A model generated the notes under the pieces. The model saw only the letters and a program-made list of their open reading frames with translations. It did not search any database and was not told the DNA's origin. Below are positions 12,577-25,534 of a stretch of 64,000 nt of DNA, in pieces. Location: positions 1 through 64,000 of the forward strand of contig CAJNYD010000449.1 in NCBI GenBank assembly GCA_905331295.1, read 5' to 3'. Source of the stretch: Rotaria socialis. Taxonomy: Eukaryota. How positions within the stretch are numbered: position 1 is the stretch's first letter; the number at the start of each line of letters is the position of its first letter. The position numbers and the translations under genes are program-made.

Positions 12577-13067
12577 ATATATGTCGTAAGCCAATCTCAG
12601 ATTCAGGCCAATCCTGGATTGGCTTAGGCCATTCTAAGATCAGAGATTGGACTAGTCCAATCTTGGATTGATGCAATCCTATTCATTAATATATCAATAA
12701 CGTTTTAGATAAACTTTGGATTAGAGTCATTTTTTTAAATCATGCTCAGATAACGTCGTTTTACGTTTACAAGCATTCACGGAGAAACTAACTTTAGTCT
12801 CGGATGCTTATTAACAATTTTTCATAAACTTATTCCCCTAGAGAAATCTATTCATAACTCCTAATATTTTACTTGAATCTTTCCAGAAACTATTGCACAA
12901 AATAAATTGGCATCGTATGAACATGATTTCAAAAAATGACTCAAATTCAAAATTTATCTAAAATGTTATTGATATATTAATGAATAGGATTGCATCAATC
13001 AAAGATTAGACTAGTCCAAACTCGATCTTAGAATGGGCTGAATCCAAGATTGGCCTACGACATATAT
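12577..13067. mobile_element. MITE / foldback element with long imperfect TIRs
   Basis: ATATATGTCGTAAGCCAATCT at the left end pairs with AGATTGGCCTACGACATATAT at the right. The inverted arms continue for well over 100 bp (GATTGATGCAATCCTATTCATTAATATATCAATAAC / GTTATTGATATATTAATGAATAGGATTGCATCAATC). Confidence 0.85.
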
Positions 13068-13451
13068 CTATTTATAATGTACAACACAATACAGTCTATC
13101 GCAATTTCATTTCATTTCAGGCAACTCTTATAGTTAGTGACATCTGTCGCACATTTATAAGAAAGAAATCGCAAATGAAGCAATATAGATCTTTTTCTAA
13201 TAATATCTATCAATATAATATTTTAGTTAACTTCTTGACAGCACTAGTTCAAAAAAAAAGTAAAAGTCTTTATAAGATTTCTTATTGAAGAATCATTGAA
13301 TGAGTCATTCAGTGTATCAGATATTGATTGTGTACAGAAGTATGTGTATGTTTATTTGATTGTAGTATCAGCTAATGCATTTACATTGTTACAGAATTAT
13401 TTGAAACCGTAGTTCATGAATTTTAGATTATATTAACGAATATTTATAATA

Positions 13452-14320
13452 ATGGCAGGCGAATATGATACAGCAATTACCGTATTTTCACCAGATGGAC
13501 GTCTTTTTCAAGTGGAATATGCACAAGAAGCTGTCAAGAAAGGATCAACGGCTGTTGGTGTACGCGGCAAAAATATTGTTGTCTTAGGTGTTGAGAAAAA
13601 AGCCGTTGCTGTTTTACAAGAAGATCGGTAAAATTAACCATTCGCATCGATTTATTTATTTTATAAACTTCTGTATTTACTTTTTTTAGTACGGTTCGCA
13701 AAATCTGCGTGCTTGACGATCATGTTGCAATGGCATTTGCTGGTCTTACAGCTGATGCTCGTGTTTTAATGCACCGTGCTCGTATTGAATGTCAATCTCA
13801 TCGACTTAATGTTGAAGATCCAGTAACAATCGAATATATAACTCGATATATTGCTGATTTACAACAAAAATATACGCAAGGACGTGGTCGTCGTCCATTT
13901 GGTTTATCAACATTAATTGTTGGTTTCGATTATGATGGTACACCACGTCTCTATTCAACAGATCCAAGTGGTACTTATCATGAATGGAAAGCGAATGCTA
14001 TTGGTCGACAAGCAAAAACTGTTCGTGAATATTTAGAAAAATCTTATACTGAAACAACATACGAATCAACACATGAATCTATTAAGTTATGCATTCGTGC
14101 CTTACTTGAAGTTGTTCAGAGTGGATCGAAAAATGTTGAAATTGCAGTCATGATAAGACATAAACCATTAAAAACACTTAGCCATGAAGAAGTTGAAAAA
14201 TATATTGCTGAAATTGAAAAAGAAAATGAAATTGAAGCTGAAAAGAAAAAGCAAGCGAAACAAATAGGTAGTACAACTACTGCACCAGGTTTAACAACAC
14301 AAACATCAAAAAAAGAATAA
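13452..14320 (+). CDS. PSMA7: 20S proteasome subunit alpha type-7 (alpha4)
   Basis: [36 protein letters not shown]..., intron 13628-13689, then [46 protein letters not shown]. Confidence 0.97.
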
Positions 14321-14882
14321 AAACAAAGATCGAACATTTTGGTGAACAAAATTTTCTTCTTAGACACTTTTCTCTTCTTTCTTTTTATTACAATTATTGT
14401 TGATTCTGCTGTTCTGTCATTCCTATTAAAAACACACATAGACAAGAGAAACCAAGCTTATGCGTAAAACTTCTTCATTTCTAGATAAATATCATCGTAT
14501 ATTCGTCGAATAGACTTTAAAAATATCAAGTAGGTTAACAAAATTTTATTTATTTGCTTTGTCTTTTTTTTCTAATTTGTATTGATCTTTAATTTACTTG
14601 TTTGAAATAAAAACACATTGTTCGTTTTATCATAAGTAAATTTTCTTCGTAAATTCGATCTAGAAAAACAAAATAATATGAATATGATTCAAACGACTTT
14701 TCTTCTTCAACAATAGTGCTTATGTAATTTTTATTATATAATAATAATAACCGTTTCCTCATTATAAGTTAAGTTTGTAACAACAATATAATTTAATTGA
14801 GATTATATATATATCATCGAAATGATAAAAGAATGAACTTCTCTAGCCTTCTATTTTATTTTAGGATAGTTCAACTATCATC

Positions 14883-15834
14883 ATGCCTCTATTAGATACT
14901 AATGCTATTGCTCTTCTTCATACACTTTTGACAACAAATTCTTTATCACGTCTTTCGACTTTGTGCGCATCATTACAAGCACCGATAGAACACATCTTAT
15001 CAATTGTTGCTGCCCACCCATTTGTTTTTGCACGTCTTCGTGCAACTGATACACCAGGTGATGATCGGATTGCAGTTGTACTTGATCTTACGAATTGTAC
15101 ATTCTATGCACGTCCACCAAATGGTTGTACCAAAGATATTGCCTGTCCCTATTTACATTTATGTCCGTCGGTTGTTTTACCTAATCGACGTTGTCAACGA
15201 CCACATGATTGCCCATTATCACATTCTCTTGACACGGAACATAATCGACGAGTTATTATTGAACGTGGTTTAGAAAATTTACCACAAAAAACTCTTATTA
15301 TGCTCATTTTAGCTTCAGCTGATCCAAGTAAAACAGTAAGATGAAAAAACTAAAATCTATTGTAGAACACATAACATTAATAGCTGTCATTTCTTTTTTT
15401 TTTAAATCTACCACTAGTTTGCAGTTTGTCATCATAAACCAAAACCATGTCGCGAATCCAATTGTGATGATTTACATTTGTGTTATTTTTACATGTGTTC
15501 ACCTCATTTATGCAAATATGGTGACTGTAAAGCTGGCCATTCATTGATGACACAACGTAATATTGATTATTTAGAACGTCGTGGTCTTGCACATATTGAA
15601 CCCATAGATGTTGTTGCCCTATTTCGTATTGTTGATGAAAATAAGTAAATAAAATTTTAATATGCCGAATCATACGGCTAATATCAATTTGATTTCTTTA
15701 GAAAGCGCTCTCATTTTTATCGATACCAATTAGAGCAACATCAACAACAACAACAACCACAACCAATGATGATTATGACATTAATGATGGATGAACATGG
15801 TCAACATCAAACACAGCCGATGATAATGTTTTGA
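14883..15834 (+). CDS. ZAP/PARP12-like tandem CCCH zinc-finger protein, short form
   Basis: Exons 14883-15335, 15418-15644, 15702-15834. Two modules of C..C..C..LHLC...C....C...H-SL.T..N......GL, typical of the ZC3HAV1/PARP12 N-terminal domain. Q/M-rich tail; no WWE or PARP domain. Confidence 0.75.
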
Positions 15835-16372
15835 AAATTTACTTTACGTTCTTTTTTCTTTGACAAAGATTCAAGTGAGAATGAATGTTTGACATAGCTC
15901 GTTTCTTTTTTGTTTTGTTGATTTCCTTTTTTTCTCGTTATCTTCTATTGTTTTGGTCACTTGTGTGATATTGTTGTTGTTGTTGTTGTTATTGTTGCTG
16001 TTTCCTTTTTTGCTTCTATACCTTATTCTCAGGTGAACCATATCCAGTGCAATACTCCAGTAACACGAACAGAAGCAAAGGATTGATTAATGCATTGCAT
16101 CTAGTTTATTTCGCAGCTATTTTTTTTTATCGTGTTTTAGTTTTTTTTCATTAAAAACCAAAACACTACGATTGTTTTCTTCGTCATCTGTATTAACAAT
16201 GACGAAAAAAAAAGATCGAACATCGATTACAAACATTTATTGAAAAAGAACATCTCTTTCTTTTTTTTATTTCGAACGCATAACTTTGAGAAGCAAACTA
16301 TAATTGATAGATAATACTCATGTTTTTTCCTTTTTGCAGAAAATCAACTCTTTTGTTATTAATGAAATCATA

Positions 16373-18932
16373 ATGGATAATGTAATAAATCTTATTAATC
16401 ATTTACTCAATACAAAACATTCAATTGATACTGTAGATTCTATTATTGATCGTTTACAAATCTCGAAGGGCTATCTTTTACAATTACTAGACGATTATTC
16501 ATATAAAGATTATTTTCAATTATTGAGACCAGCAAGTAATCGTAACCAAGCTACTGAGAAAATTGCTCTAACATTAGATGTAAGTATGACAGAAAAAAAC
16601 ATGCAAATTCTATGTTTTCTTTTGGTTTTAATTTAGCTCTTTTGTTGTACACATTATGCAAATCAATGTAAAAATGAATCGTGTCCATTTTTGCATTTAT
16701 GTCCGTATAACATAAGACCAATGCATCCTAAATGTACGAATAAAACTTGTCCATATGATCATGAAGTGTTAAAAAGTATTCACAATCGAAAAATTATTGA
16801 TGTACATGGTCTCGCTTTTATGCCGGCAAGTATTCTACATGAATTAACTCGTGCAAGTGCCGATCCACTTCGATCGGTAAACGACAAATTTATTTAGTAA
16901 AATACTATGTACTTTTGTTTCTTATTTGATTTGTCCAGTTTTGGGTATGTACCGATCATGGAAAAAAAGGTGGCTGCTCAAAAAAGTACTCTTGTGAAAA
17001 ATTTCATTATTGTTATTTTGCGTTAATTGATGGTTGTACAAAACCATATTGTCAACACGCGATAAATGATGCTTGTCTTTCGTATTTTCGAAAAAAAGAA
17101 TTAATTGAACAAAATCATGACGATATTTTGGATGCATTCAGAAAAGTTCTTCGACAACGGTATGTTATGTGTATACAAATCAAATATATTGCTTTAGAGA
17201 TCAATGATTAGTAGAACTTCTTTAAAGTTACTTCTTTCTACATGCTAGTAACCATGAGAGAAGAGAGAAATTCAAATAACCATAGTAAGCGTTGCCATAG
17301 TAACTGAACTCACCAGACAGCTGACTCCTTTTTCAGAATTGCTTCACCACAAAGGTACATGTTTAACTGATAACAATTCTAATATGTCTGTCAATTTTCT
17401 AAATGATACAAACCAAAAAATTAGATTCAACATGTCAAAGATAATTGGTAGTTTTGTATCAATTTGAGAGAATCTTTCTGTAATTAATATAAGCAGCATG
17501 AACATATCAAGCGATAATTTTCAAAAATGATCAAAATCAATATCTATAAGCTTCGAGTAAAATGCATGATCAAGCATTGAGACTGTTTATTCAATGATGA
17601 AAATGCGCACAGAAGAAAAACGCTTATTTGCCAACGGAAATTAATCTTTTAACAGTAGTGATGTTAAACTAAGAAAAGTAAAAATAGTGAGTACATATGG
17701 ATGAGACAAAAAAGAAATACTTTCTGTTTAAAATGCAAAATAAAATAAGATAACTTTGGTTCTTATCAATTGATTAAATTTGAAAGATATCAATAGTCTA
17801 TTCACGATTTTTCACTTCAAGTAGATTAGTTTGTTAGAATAAAATGAAAAAAAAATAGATGAAAATTAAATTTCAGCTATCGAAGGTTTTCACGAATGCT
17901 TTGTTAAATGAAATTAAAATATAATAATTAAATCATTTGTTATTTTTATAGAAAACCAGATTTTATTACTAAAGTCAGCACATCTAATATTTCATCTTCG
18001 AATTCAAAATTTTTAGTTTCAAATGATACTCAGCGGTAAGTTAAATAAAATCAATTCAATAATATATTAGACATATTAGTAGATGATCAAAATTTATTTC
18101 ATTAGATATAAATCGATGTTTTTTTATAGCCTACTTATTTTTAGTAAGAAAAATAGGGAAAATTTTTATCAAATAATATTACTTTGCAAATATGTTCGAC
18201 ACATATTTCATTCAAAAATTTAAAAAAATAAATAACAAGAATTTTGTTTAAAAGCTTAATCATTTTCGTTTTTTTTAGTAAACCAGTAGCTAATCAACAA
18301 CGTGGTGCAGCTGCATCTTCAACACGTTCCATGCCATCAGTATCGGCAAAAGAATTAGCTCCCTTTGATCAGATATTTTCATCGAAATCTGATACACCAG
18401 AACCATTGCCTGAACATGATACAGACATTCTTCTACTAGAATGCCATGATACAAATGAATATGATGATATTGAACATTATTTATCTAATGAACTTGAATG
18501 TCCAATTAAATTAATCATGTCTAAAAATATCTTATCAGAAAGTAAAGAAAAACTAAGGTATTTTCATATTTCTTTTGTTATTTTGTCAATTTCCAAGAAT
18601 AATATGATTCTGTTTTTCCTAGTTCAAATCTTCGTACACAACCTATTTATTACTACTGTCCGACTAAAAAGCCTGCTGATATTTTTCGATTGCTTCGTTG
18701 GCAAAATACCGAAAAAAAACCAACTGAACCACTAATTGTCTATGCTAATGTACGTGATGCGCATGATGCAGCTGAACAAAATTTTGAAAATAATCAATTT
18801 TGCATATTTCGTATACATATTTTCTATGATGATATTACGAATGAAAGTGTATCATCTGGGTTTTGTCTTCGATTGAGCGACCCATCTACAATGTGCTTTG
18901 ACCGTATGTGGGTTTATGTATACAATCTTTAG
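16373..18932 (+). CDS. ZAP/PARP12-like tandem CCCH zinc-finger protein, long form with extra C-terminal domain
   Basis: Six exons. CTHYANQCKNESCPFLHLCPY..CTNKTCPYDHEVLKSIHNRKIIDVHGL...ASADP, then a second CCCH module (VCTDHGKKGGCSKKYSCEKFHYC), a linker and a ~100-aa C-terminal domain. Shares the ASADP motif and the following phase-0 intron with the upstream paralog. Confidence 0.75.
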
Positions 18933-20145
18933 CCAACATATTTAGATTAGTTCATATATATGCTGTTTATTATTCGGCTATTTTTTTCCGAAACTGGAAA
19001 ATATTTCTTTTCGTGTTCAATGCAAAACCGTGATAAACTTTTTATTCATACTGATTGTGACCACCATATTTTTGTAATTTTAATTATGTTTTCTTGTCTG
19101 CTATCTTGTACATGTTTCACTTTTTCATATCGCAACTCTTGGTTCATTTCTGGTAAAACAAAATTTTTCTGTGTCGAAAGAAAGTAAACTGCGAATTATA
19201 TTGAAAAAAAGGATTCATTTTTTGAAATCTTCAGTGAAACAATACCAATATTAACATGAACTATTAGATTAGTTGACTGTTTGTGTTGTAAGAGCTCAAT
19301 GAAATAATTTTTTTAGAAAAATACTTTATACTATCAAATGAAAATTCACTTCTGCAATGCCATGGGTGATCATAAAAAATGAAGGTACTAACGTTCAAAA
19401 TGTATTTAGAAAAAAAGTTTGTTGCTGTAGGGATGGGAACATAAAAAAAAGGCACTTTACAAAAGCCATGCGCTTTGGTTTGACCACTAAATTTACCGTT
19501 TGAGGTAAAAACAAATTCCTTTATTCCACTGAATCATCAAAGTGAATCATTCTCCAAGTACTTTATATCTCTTCGTCAAGAAAAAAGATATCTTTTCAAA
19601 ATCTTGTGGATGACATGTTGCAACGCGATATATATTACTGTTACAAATATGAAAGAAGAACACATTGTATAATTGAGAATCTTGATAACGGATTCAATTT
19701 TCGTTCTGTACCAAACAATGTACAAATCTATGCTATGATAATATATTGATATGATCAGTTAGACTATATGTTAACTAAAATGCTAATTGTTTTTTCATCG
19801 TTTAGTATTTCTTTTAGTATCGATAGTAATACATATGTATTGATCAGTAATCATGCACAATTGAATGCCAATAAACACATAATCTCTTGAAATGAAAATC
19901 AAAGTTCACAATATTCACTATTCAGTTTCTTTTTGAAAATTTTACTTGTCTTAAATTATTTCTCTGTGCACTTGGAAAATTCATACCATGTGGACTGAAA
20001 CTAAATCATCAATATAGACGTCTATCGTATGTCAATAAAACAAATATTCTAATTATCAGATAACTGTTCAATATCAAATTCATTGATTTGAGAATATACA
20101 AATCTACTCGAGTATGCATCTGTGCCAAAATGAAAAATGTTAACA

Positions 20146-20168
20146 AATATATATATATATATATATAT
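20146..20168. repeat. (AT)n microsatellite
   Basis: Visible AT dinucleotide run; similar runs at ~24093-24128 and ~60535-60566, and an (AC)n run at ~31297-31317. Confidence 0.9.
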
Positions 20169-21629
20169 AAAGATGGGGATTATTAGTGACAAGTGGATTG
20201 CATGTCTTCACGAAAACAGCACTAACTTTCTCCATCAATTAATTAAAAAATCATTTTGATTTTTTGACGAATAAATGACATGTTTTACAATCAGAAAAAT
20301 TTTGTCATAATATACGGAATAAAATTGTTTATTAACTTAAATATTTTGTTTTGAACATTGTGGTAATGTAATGCGTATGTAAAAATTTATTCCAGAGTTT
20401 GTCTTAATCTTTATTTTATCTTTTCTCAAAGATAAGTGTGCACTTTAAGTTATAATTAGACCAAGAATAATGTATCAAAAGAATGTTTTGATAAAAAAAA
20501 TAGTATTTACGAATATTCGATGATTAAGATTTATAAATTTTATAGATCTAATTTAGACATTTTTAATCATTTACTGAAATATTAATATTAACTAGTTAAT
20601 AGTTCTGATTATCAAAAGTATTTCAATAAACAAAAATATTTTTTTAATTTCAACTTAGAATTAAATCATTTTTCTTTTCGTGTGATTAATTCGATATACA
20701 TTACATTCATATGTATTATTTACTAATATAATTAGCTTCTATTGTGTTGAACTAACTTTTAAATTTTTCATTCAAAAATCTAATAAAGATGTCGAGCCTG
20801 CTCAGATGTAAAGAATTCATTGGTCGCATATAAAGTCTTTATTGGACTGTATGCATGTTACAACATCGAACCAGTCCATGTTTGCCATTTGTTTATGATT
20901 TTATAGATATCAATATATTCTCATACACATCTATAATTAAAAAATAGCCACATTAGTCACGCGATTTGTCTTATTGAATACTATTACGTTAAGTATAAAC
21001 TCACAAATACACATCACATTTTATCGTTCTCCGTGGAAACATCAACTACGTCGTTTCTATTTTTAGACAAAAACTACCCTGTTTATTGTTTATTCTAAAA
21101 TACTCCTCTCTTCACATTTCTAATTTCTTGATGATAGATAAAAGAAAGAAAAATCTATTGTCAGTCCTTTAGTTATATCTTATCATTGTCGTTTCCTATC
21201 TTTAATAACATCTCTAAATGATAATTTTGAATAGATTATCAAAACAGAGTGAAGAGGTAGCGCCCTCTAGATACCAAATAAATTAATATCCTTTTGTTTA
21301 AAATATTGATCCAAAAAGAGTTCCAATAAAAATATTGATTATTTTCAAAGTATTTATTAAAAACAAGATCTTTCAAGTTTATTAAAACATTCAAACCAAT
21401 AGAAAATATTCGAAAATATAGAAATAGAAAAAAATATCTAAGTTTTTTATTCTCTGTTGTATATAGACGGGTTTGTGTGCATGTGTACAAAACGTCGTCA
21501 GCCATATTCATCTAACTAGAATTGTCTTGTTCTACTACATCTTTTTCTTCTTTTGTTTATTTTATTAAACAGAAAAAAAATCTGAAAATTCTTATCTAAA
21601 CCAATACAAGCAGTCCATCAACATTCCAA

Positions 21630-22140
21630 ATGGCTTCATCTGCCGAGAATACAACACCATTGGTGAATATTATTATTGAGTATTTTGGTAAACTGAACAA
21701 TTTAATCTTCTATTTTCTAGAATGCTGGTCCTACACCAGAAATGAGTGAAGAAGCAAAGTTGAGAGCTAAATATGGGGGTGCACTTCCTCGACAACAAAA
21801 TATGTTAACAAAAAAATTAATGAATAAGGTACAAAATATCGATTCTGTAAAATTGTCATCTTTATTTTGTAATTTTAATTAGCCGAAGTATTTCGATTCT
21901 GGTGATTATAATGTTGCAAAAGCACAAGGAAAATTAGCGTCTAGTAAACCAGATTCAACAAACAGAACGACTAGTATAAAAGAAGCAACACAAACGATTG
22001 TACCTGAAACGATAACTGGTCATGAAATTCCAACACCTGAAACAGTTATGCCAAGAAAATTGTCGTGTGCTGCAACAATGACACCTACATCAACACCAAC
22101 CATAGCGAGTAGTTCTATGCCACCACCATCCACACAATAA
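21630..22140 (+). CDS. ENSA: Endosulfine / ARPP-19 family PP2A-B55 inhibitor
   Basis: Three exons: MASSAENTTPL / NAGPTPEMSEEAKLRAKYGG..KKLMNK / PKYFDSGDYNVAKA...TGHEIPTPETVMPRK. Contains the Greatwall-site FDSGDY motif. Missed by the ORF track. Confidence 0.93.
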
Positions 22141-24089
22141 AAAGATGAAACATTTATTTGGAAGGAAAATTATCAACGAACAAAATAAAGACCTAAGTTT
22201 TTCCTGTAATCTCTTCATTTTTTTCATATTATTACTATCGTTCTATTTCTCTGTATATATGTGGGAGTATTTTCGAAAAAAAATTAAACAAACACACAGG
22301 ACCTTAATTACTGTTGTATTTTTATTTTATTAAAGAGAAAGTTCCAATGTTGATCCGAGAAAAATCTAGTAGTGTTGTCGCACAATTAAACGCTAAAGGT
22401 TATTGAGTTTTTACATTAATAAGTGAAGCGGGATAAATTTTAATAGTGTTTGGAAGCATTTTTCGTAAAAAGATAATTTTGTTAAAGCTTTAGTCAAAAC
22501 ATCAACTTGTATTTTTGGATTGAATCGATGTTTTTTGGTTTTAAGATTACTCGGAAATATTAATCTTTCACAAAAACATAGAATGTATTTGAGTATAAAT
22601 TAAGAATAAAACATTTTTTAAATATTAAATATAGAAAGTCGTATCACAACATGTTTACAATTCTTCATTTCTGTTCATCTTATGATAACATACAGTAAAA
22701 TGCTTTTTTAAATAGCAATTTGAACAGCATACATATTATTCATATCCTTGTAAACTTATTAAGATGACGTTTATCGACATTAATCAATTATAAATTACGT
22801 TTTTATGAATCGTTTTTCATGTTTAACTCCAAAAAACAATGGCAGCGATCATTAAAAAGTCATCGTCGCTGGGACATATTCTATATTATTAATCAAATTA
22901 TTTATTTTTTAAAGTCATGATCAGAACCTGCTGCGTAAGTGTCATTTGATCGAATGTCTTTTAGAAATTTTTTAGACATATTCACCGTCAGAAATGAATT
23001 TCAAATATATATTTACAAAGTATTCTGCTCGAGTCAAAACTTGAATAATATTGTCATAAGCCTTCAATATATTACTGTTTTACACAATTCTAAGAACTGT
23101 TTGTATGATAGGAGAAATGAGAATTAGTAGAATAACGCACAATTGCTTGAAAATTTATGATAGTTCTTTTTAACAACAAAATAATTAATTATAAATTTGC
23201 TTATGCTTTGCCGATTAATCATAACAAAGACAATAAGACGCCCGGTCATATCAATACAATCATCGACTTCTATTAGTTTATATACATTGACTGTAGTTAC
23301 CAATTGTATCATGAAAACTAAATCGTTTTCTAAATTCATTGAATGTTAGAATTTTAACTAAATTTGGCAATCATACTAAACGTAATTGTTAAGTACGATA
23401 TAAATATTAAGTTATAAAATAGAATTGAATATTAAAATATTAGAGAGCACAAATATCTTGAAACAATTCTACCCACGGTCTAGTTAATAACATCAGAGAA
23501 TTAACACCGTAAAAAAATATTTGATACTTGTTATTTTTTTTGTTCCGTTCTACGGAAGTTCTTCTGCATAAAGTAAATTTCCTCTAAGATAGAAATTTCA
23601 TTCTTCGAAAGAATATTTTTCTTATTCAAATAGTAGAAATAGAACAATTTATAACGACAACCTTTTATTACATAGAGTATATTTTCAAAATATTCTAGAA
23701 TTTTACTTTTTCTCAAGGATACTTGATTTGTTGATGACAATGCAAGATTATCTGTTTAAAACCATTTTAAGATCATATTAAACGAGAAAAAGCAAAAGAC
23801 AACAGTGATGATGATAATAATAGTATTCAATCAATAATATCAACATCACAGAAATTATCTACATTCTTAATAGATAAAAGTTATATAAGAGCAAAAGTAA
23901 AGCAAACTTTCAAGGAAGAAGAGAAAAAAAAGTTAAGACAACTTTGTCGTTTACGTATCGAAGATGATGCACTATTGTTTATAGCATAACGACGTCATCA
24001 ACGAGAAATAATTCAATTACATCTTGAATAAATTACGATAGAAAAACGAGAAAAAAAAGAATTGTTATATTTTCTTTATATGTTTTAAG

Positions 24090-24129
<40 letters not shown>

Positions 24130-24175
24130 ATTATAACCAAATAATTTGAAGAAATGATTGCTGTTTTGTCATTAT

Positions 24176-25534
24176 TTAACAGGATAAATGATGATTTGAA
24201 TACCAAGGTGGTGATGTTGTTGAATCCTTGATATTTGAATTTTCCAAACCCATTGCTGACGTATTTGTACTCATTAAATCAAAGCCTAGAAGAGAAAAAA
24301 ATCATGAAAATGGATAATTAGTCAAAGAAAAAAATACAAATCTTTACTTTGAGTAGGAAAAGCGTATGATGCTGTAGCCATCATGGATCCACCAAGATGA
24401 TAATCAAAATGATGAGATGTTGGTGTATAAGCATGATGAGATTGTTTTTCATGATGAAACATTTGTGCAGCGGCTGCAGCTCCAATAGCTGCTGCAGTGA
24501 CAACATCCATATCGGGTGACGGATGATGATGATAACGTCCTGTATTATTAGTATTAGTATTAGTATTAGTATTATTAAGATTTGTATTATTTGGTGATCC
24601 AATTGAATGCAAATGATTGCTTGAAATCGTTGATGATGATGACGATGATGGCGGTGTTGCTGTTGAATTCGTTGCATAAGGTGAACGATATGAATGATGA
24701 TGATGCATCCAATCAGAATAATCATTTTGTGATGTAGGAAGATAAGTTGGATGAGGGTATGAAGTTGGTGATGTCATAAAATTAGGCCAGAAACTACTCG
24801 ATGGATTCATCATGCTTGAATAACCATAAGATGAAGTTCGAGGATCTAATTATCAAATTTTATTATTATTTAAAAAAATCAAATCAAATGTAATATTAAA
24901 GAAATCTAAGAATAGTGTTACGTGTAATTTTACTTCTATCGATATTGATATAGAATAAATTTATGGTAATTTTTCGATATAAGAGTTATGAAAATATGTT
25001 GTTTTCTTTTTTAAAGAATTATTCTATCTTAGTTCATTACGAATAAGTCTACTATTATTCTCTACGAGTTTTTCATTGATTTCATAAGTGTGAAATTAAA
25101 ACGAAAATATGAACAAATTAGTTGTTTCGAGAAATTAACTTTATTATCATATAATTAGACTTACCTCGTGCTGATATTGATCTTGTTGAATTAAATGAAG
25201 TTGATTGTTTAAGTGCCTTATCAAAATGTTCATCAATAATCGAACCTGATTCTCCGGTATAATATCGATAAACAATTGAATTTTCTGATGAACATTCAAC
25301 AATCTTTCCATCGGTTAACGCTGTTCGCGGTGTCGATCGATGATTCATTCGATGTGATTTATTATCGAATGTATCAATTGATATGTTTGATGGCATTCGT
25401 GTTGATGGCTGTTCATCATGAAGATTGCTTAACATATGATCGAGGTGTGCTATGGGGCCATCACTATTGAGTGTTGTCGTCGAACTCGTATTATTAGTAG
25501 ATAAATTTTCATTGACAAGTGTATTAGTACTCAT
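24176..25534 (-). CDS. Vestigial-like transcriptional cofactor (TONDU/Vg domain)
   Basis: SENSIVYRYYTGESGSIIDEHFDKALKQ matches the Vg/TDU motif (CVVFTYFxGDxxSVVDEHFSRAL). His- and Ser-rich middle exon; last exon ends ...PPWYSNHHLSC-TAA. Confidence 0.85.
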
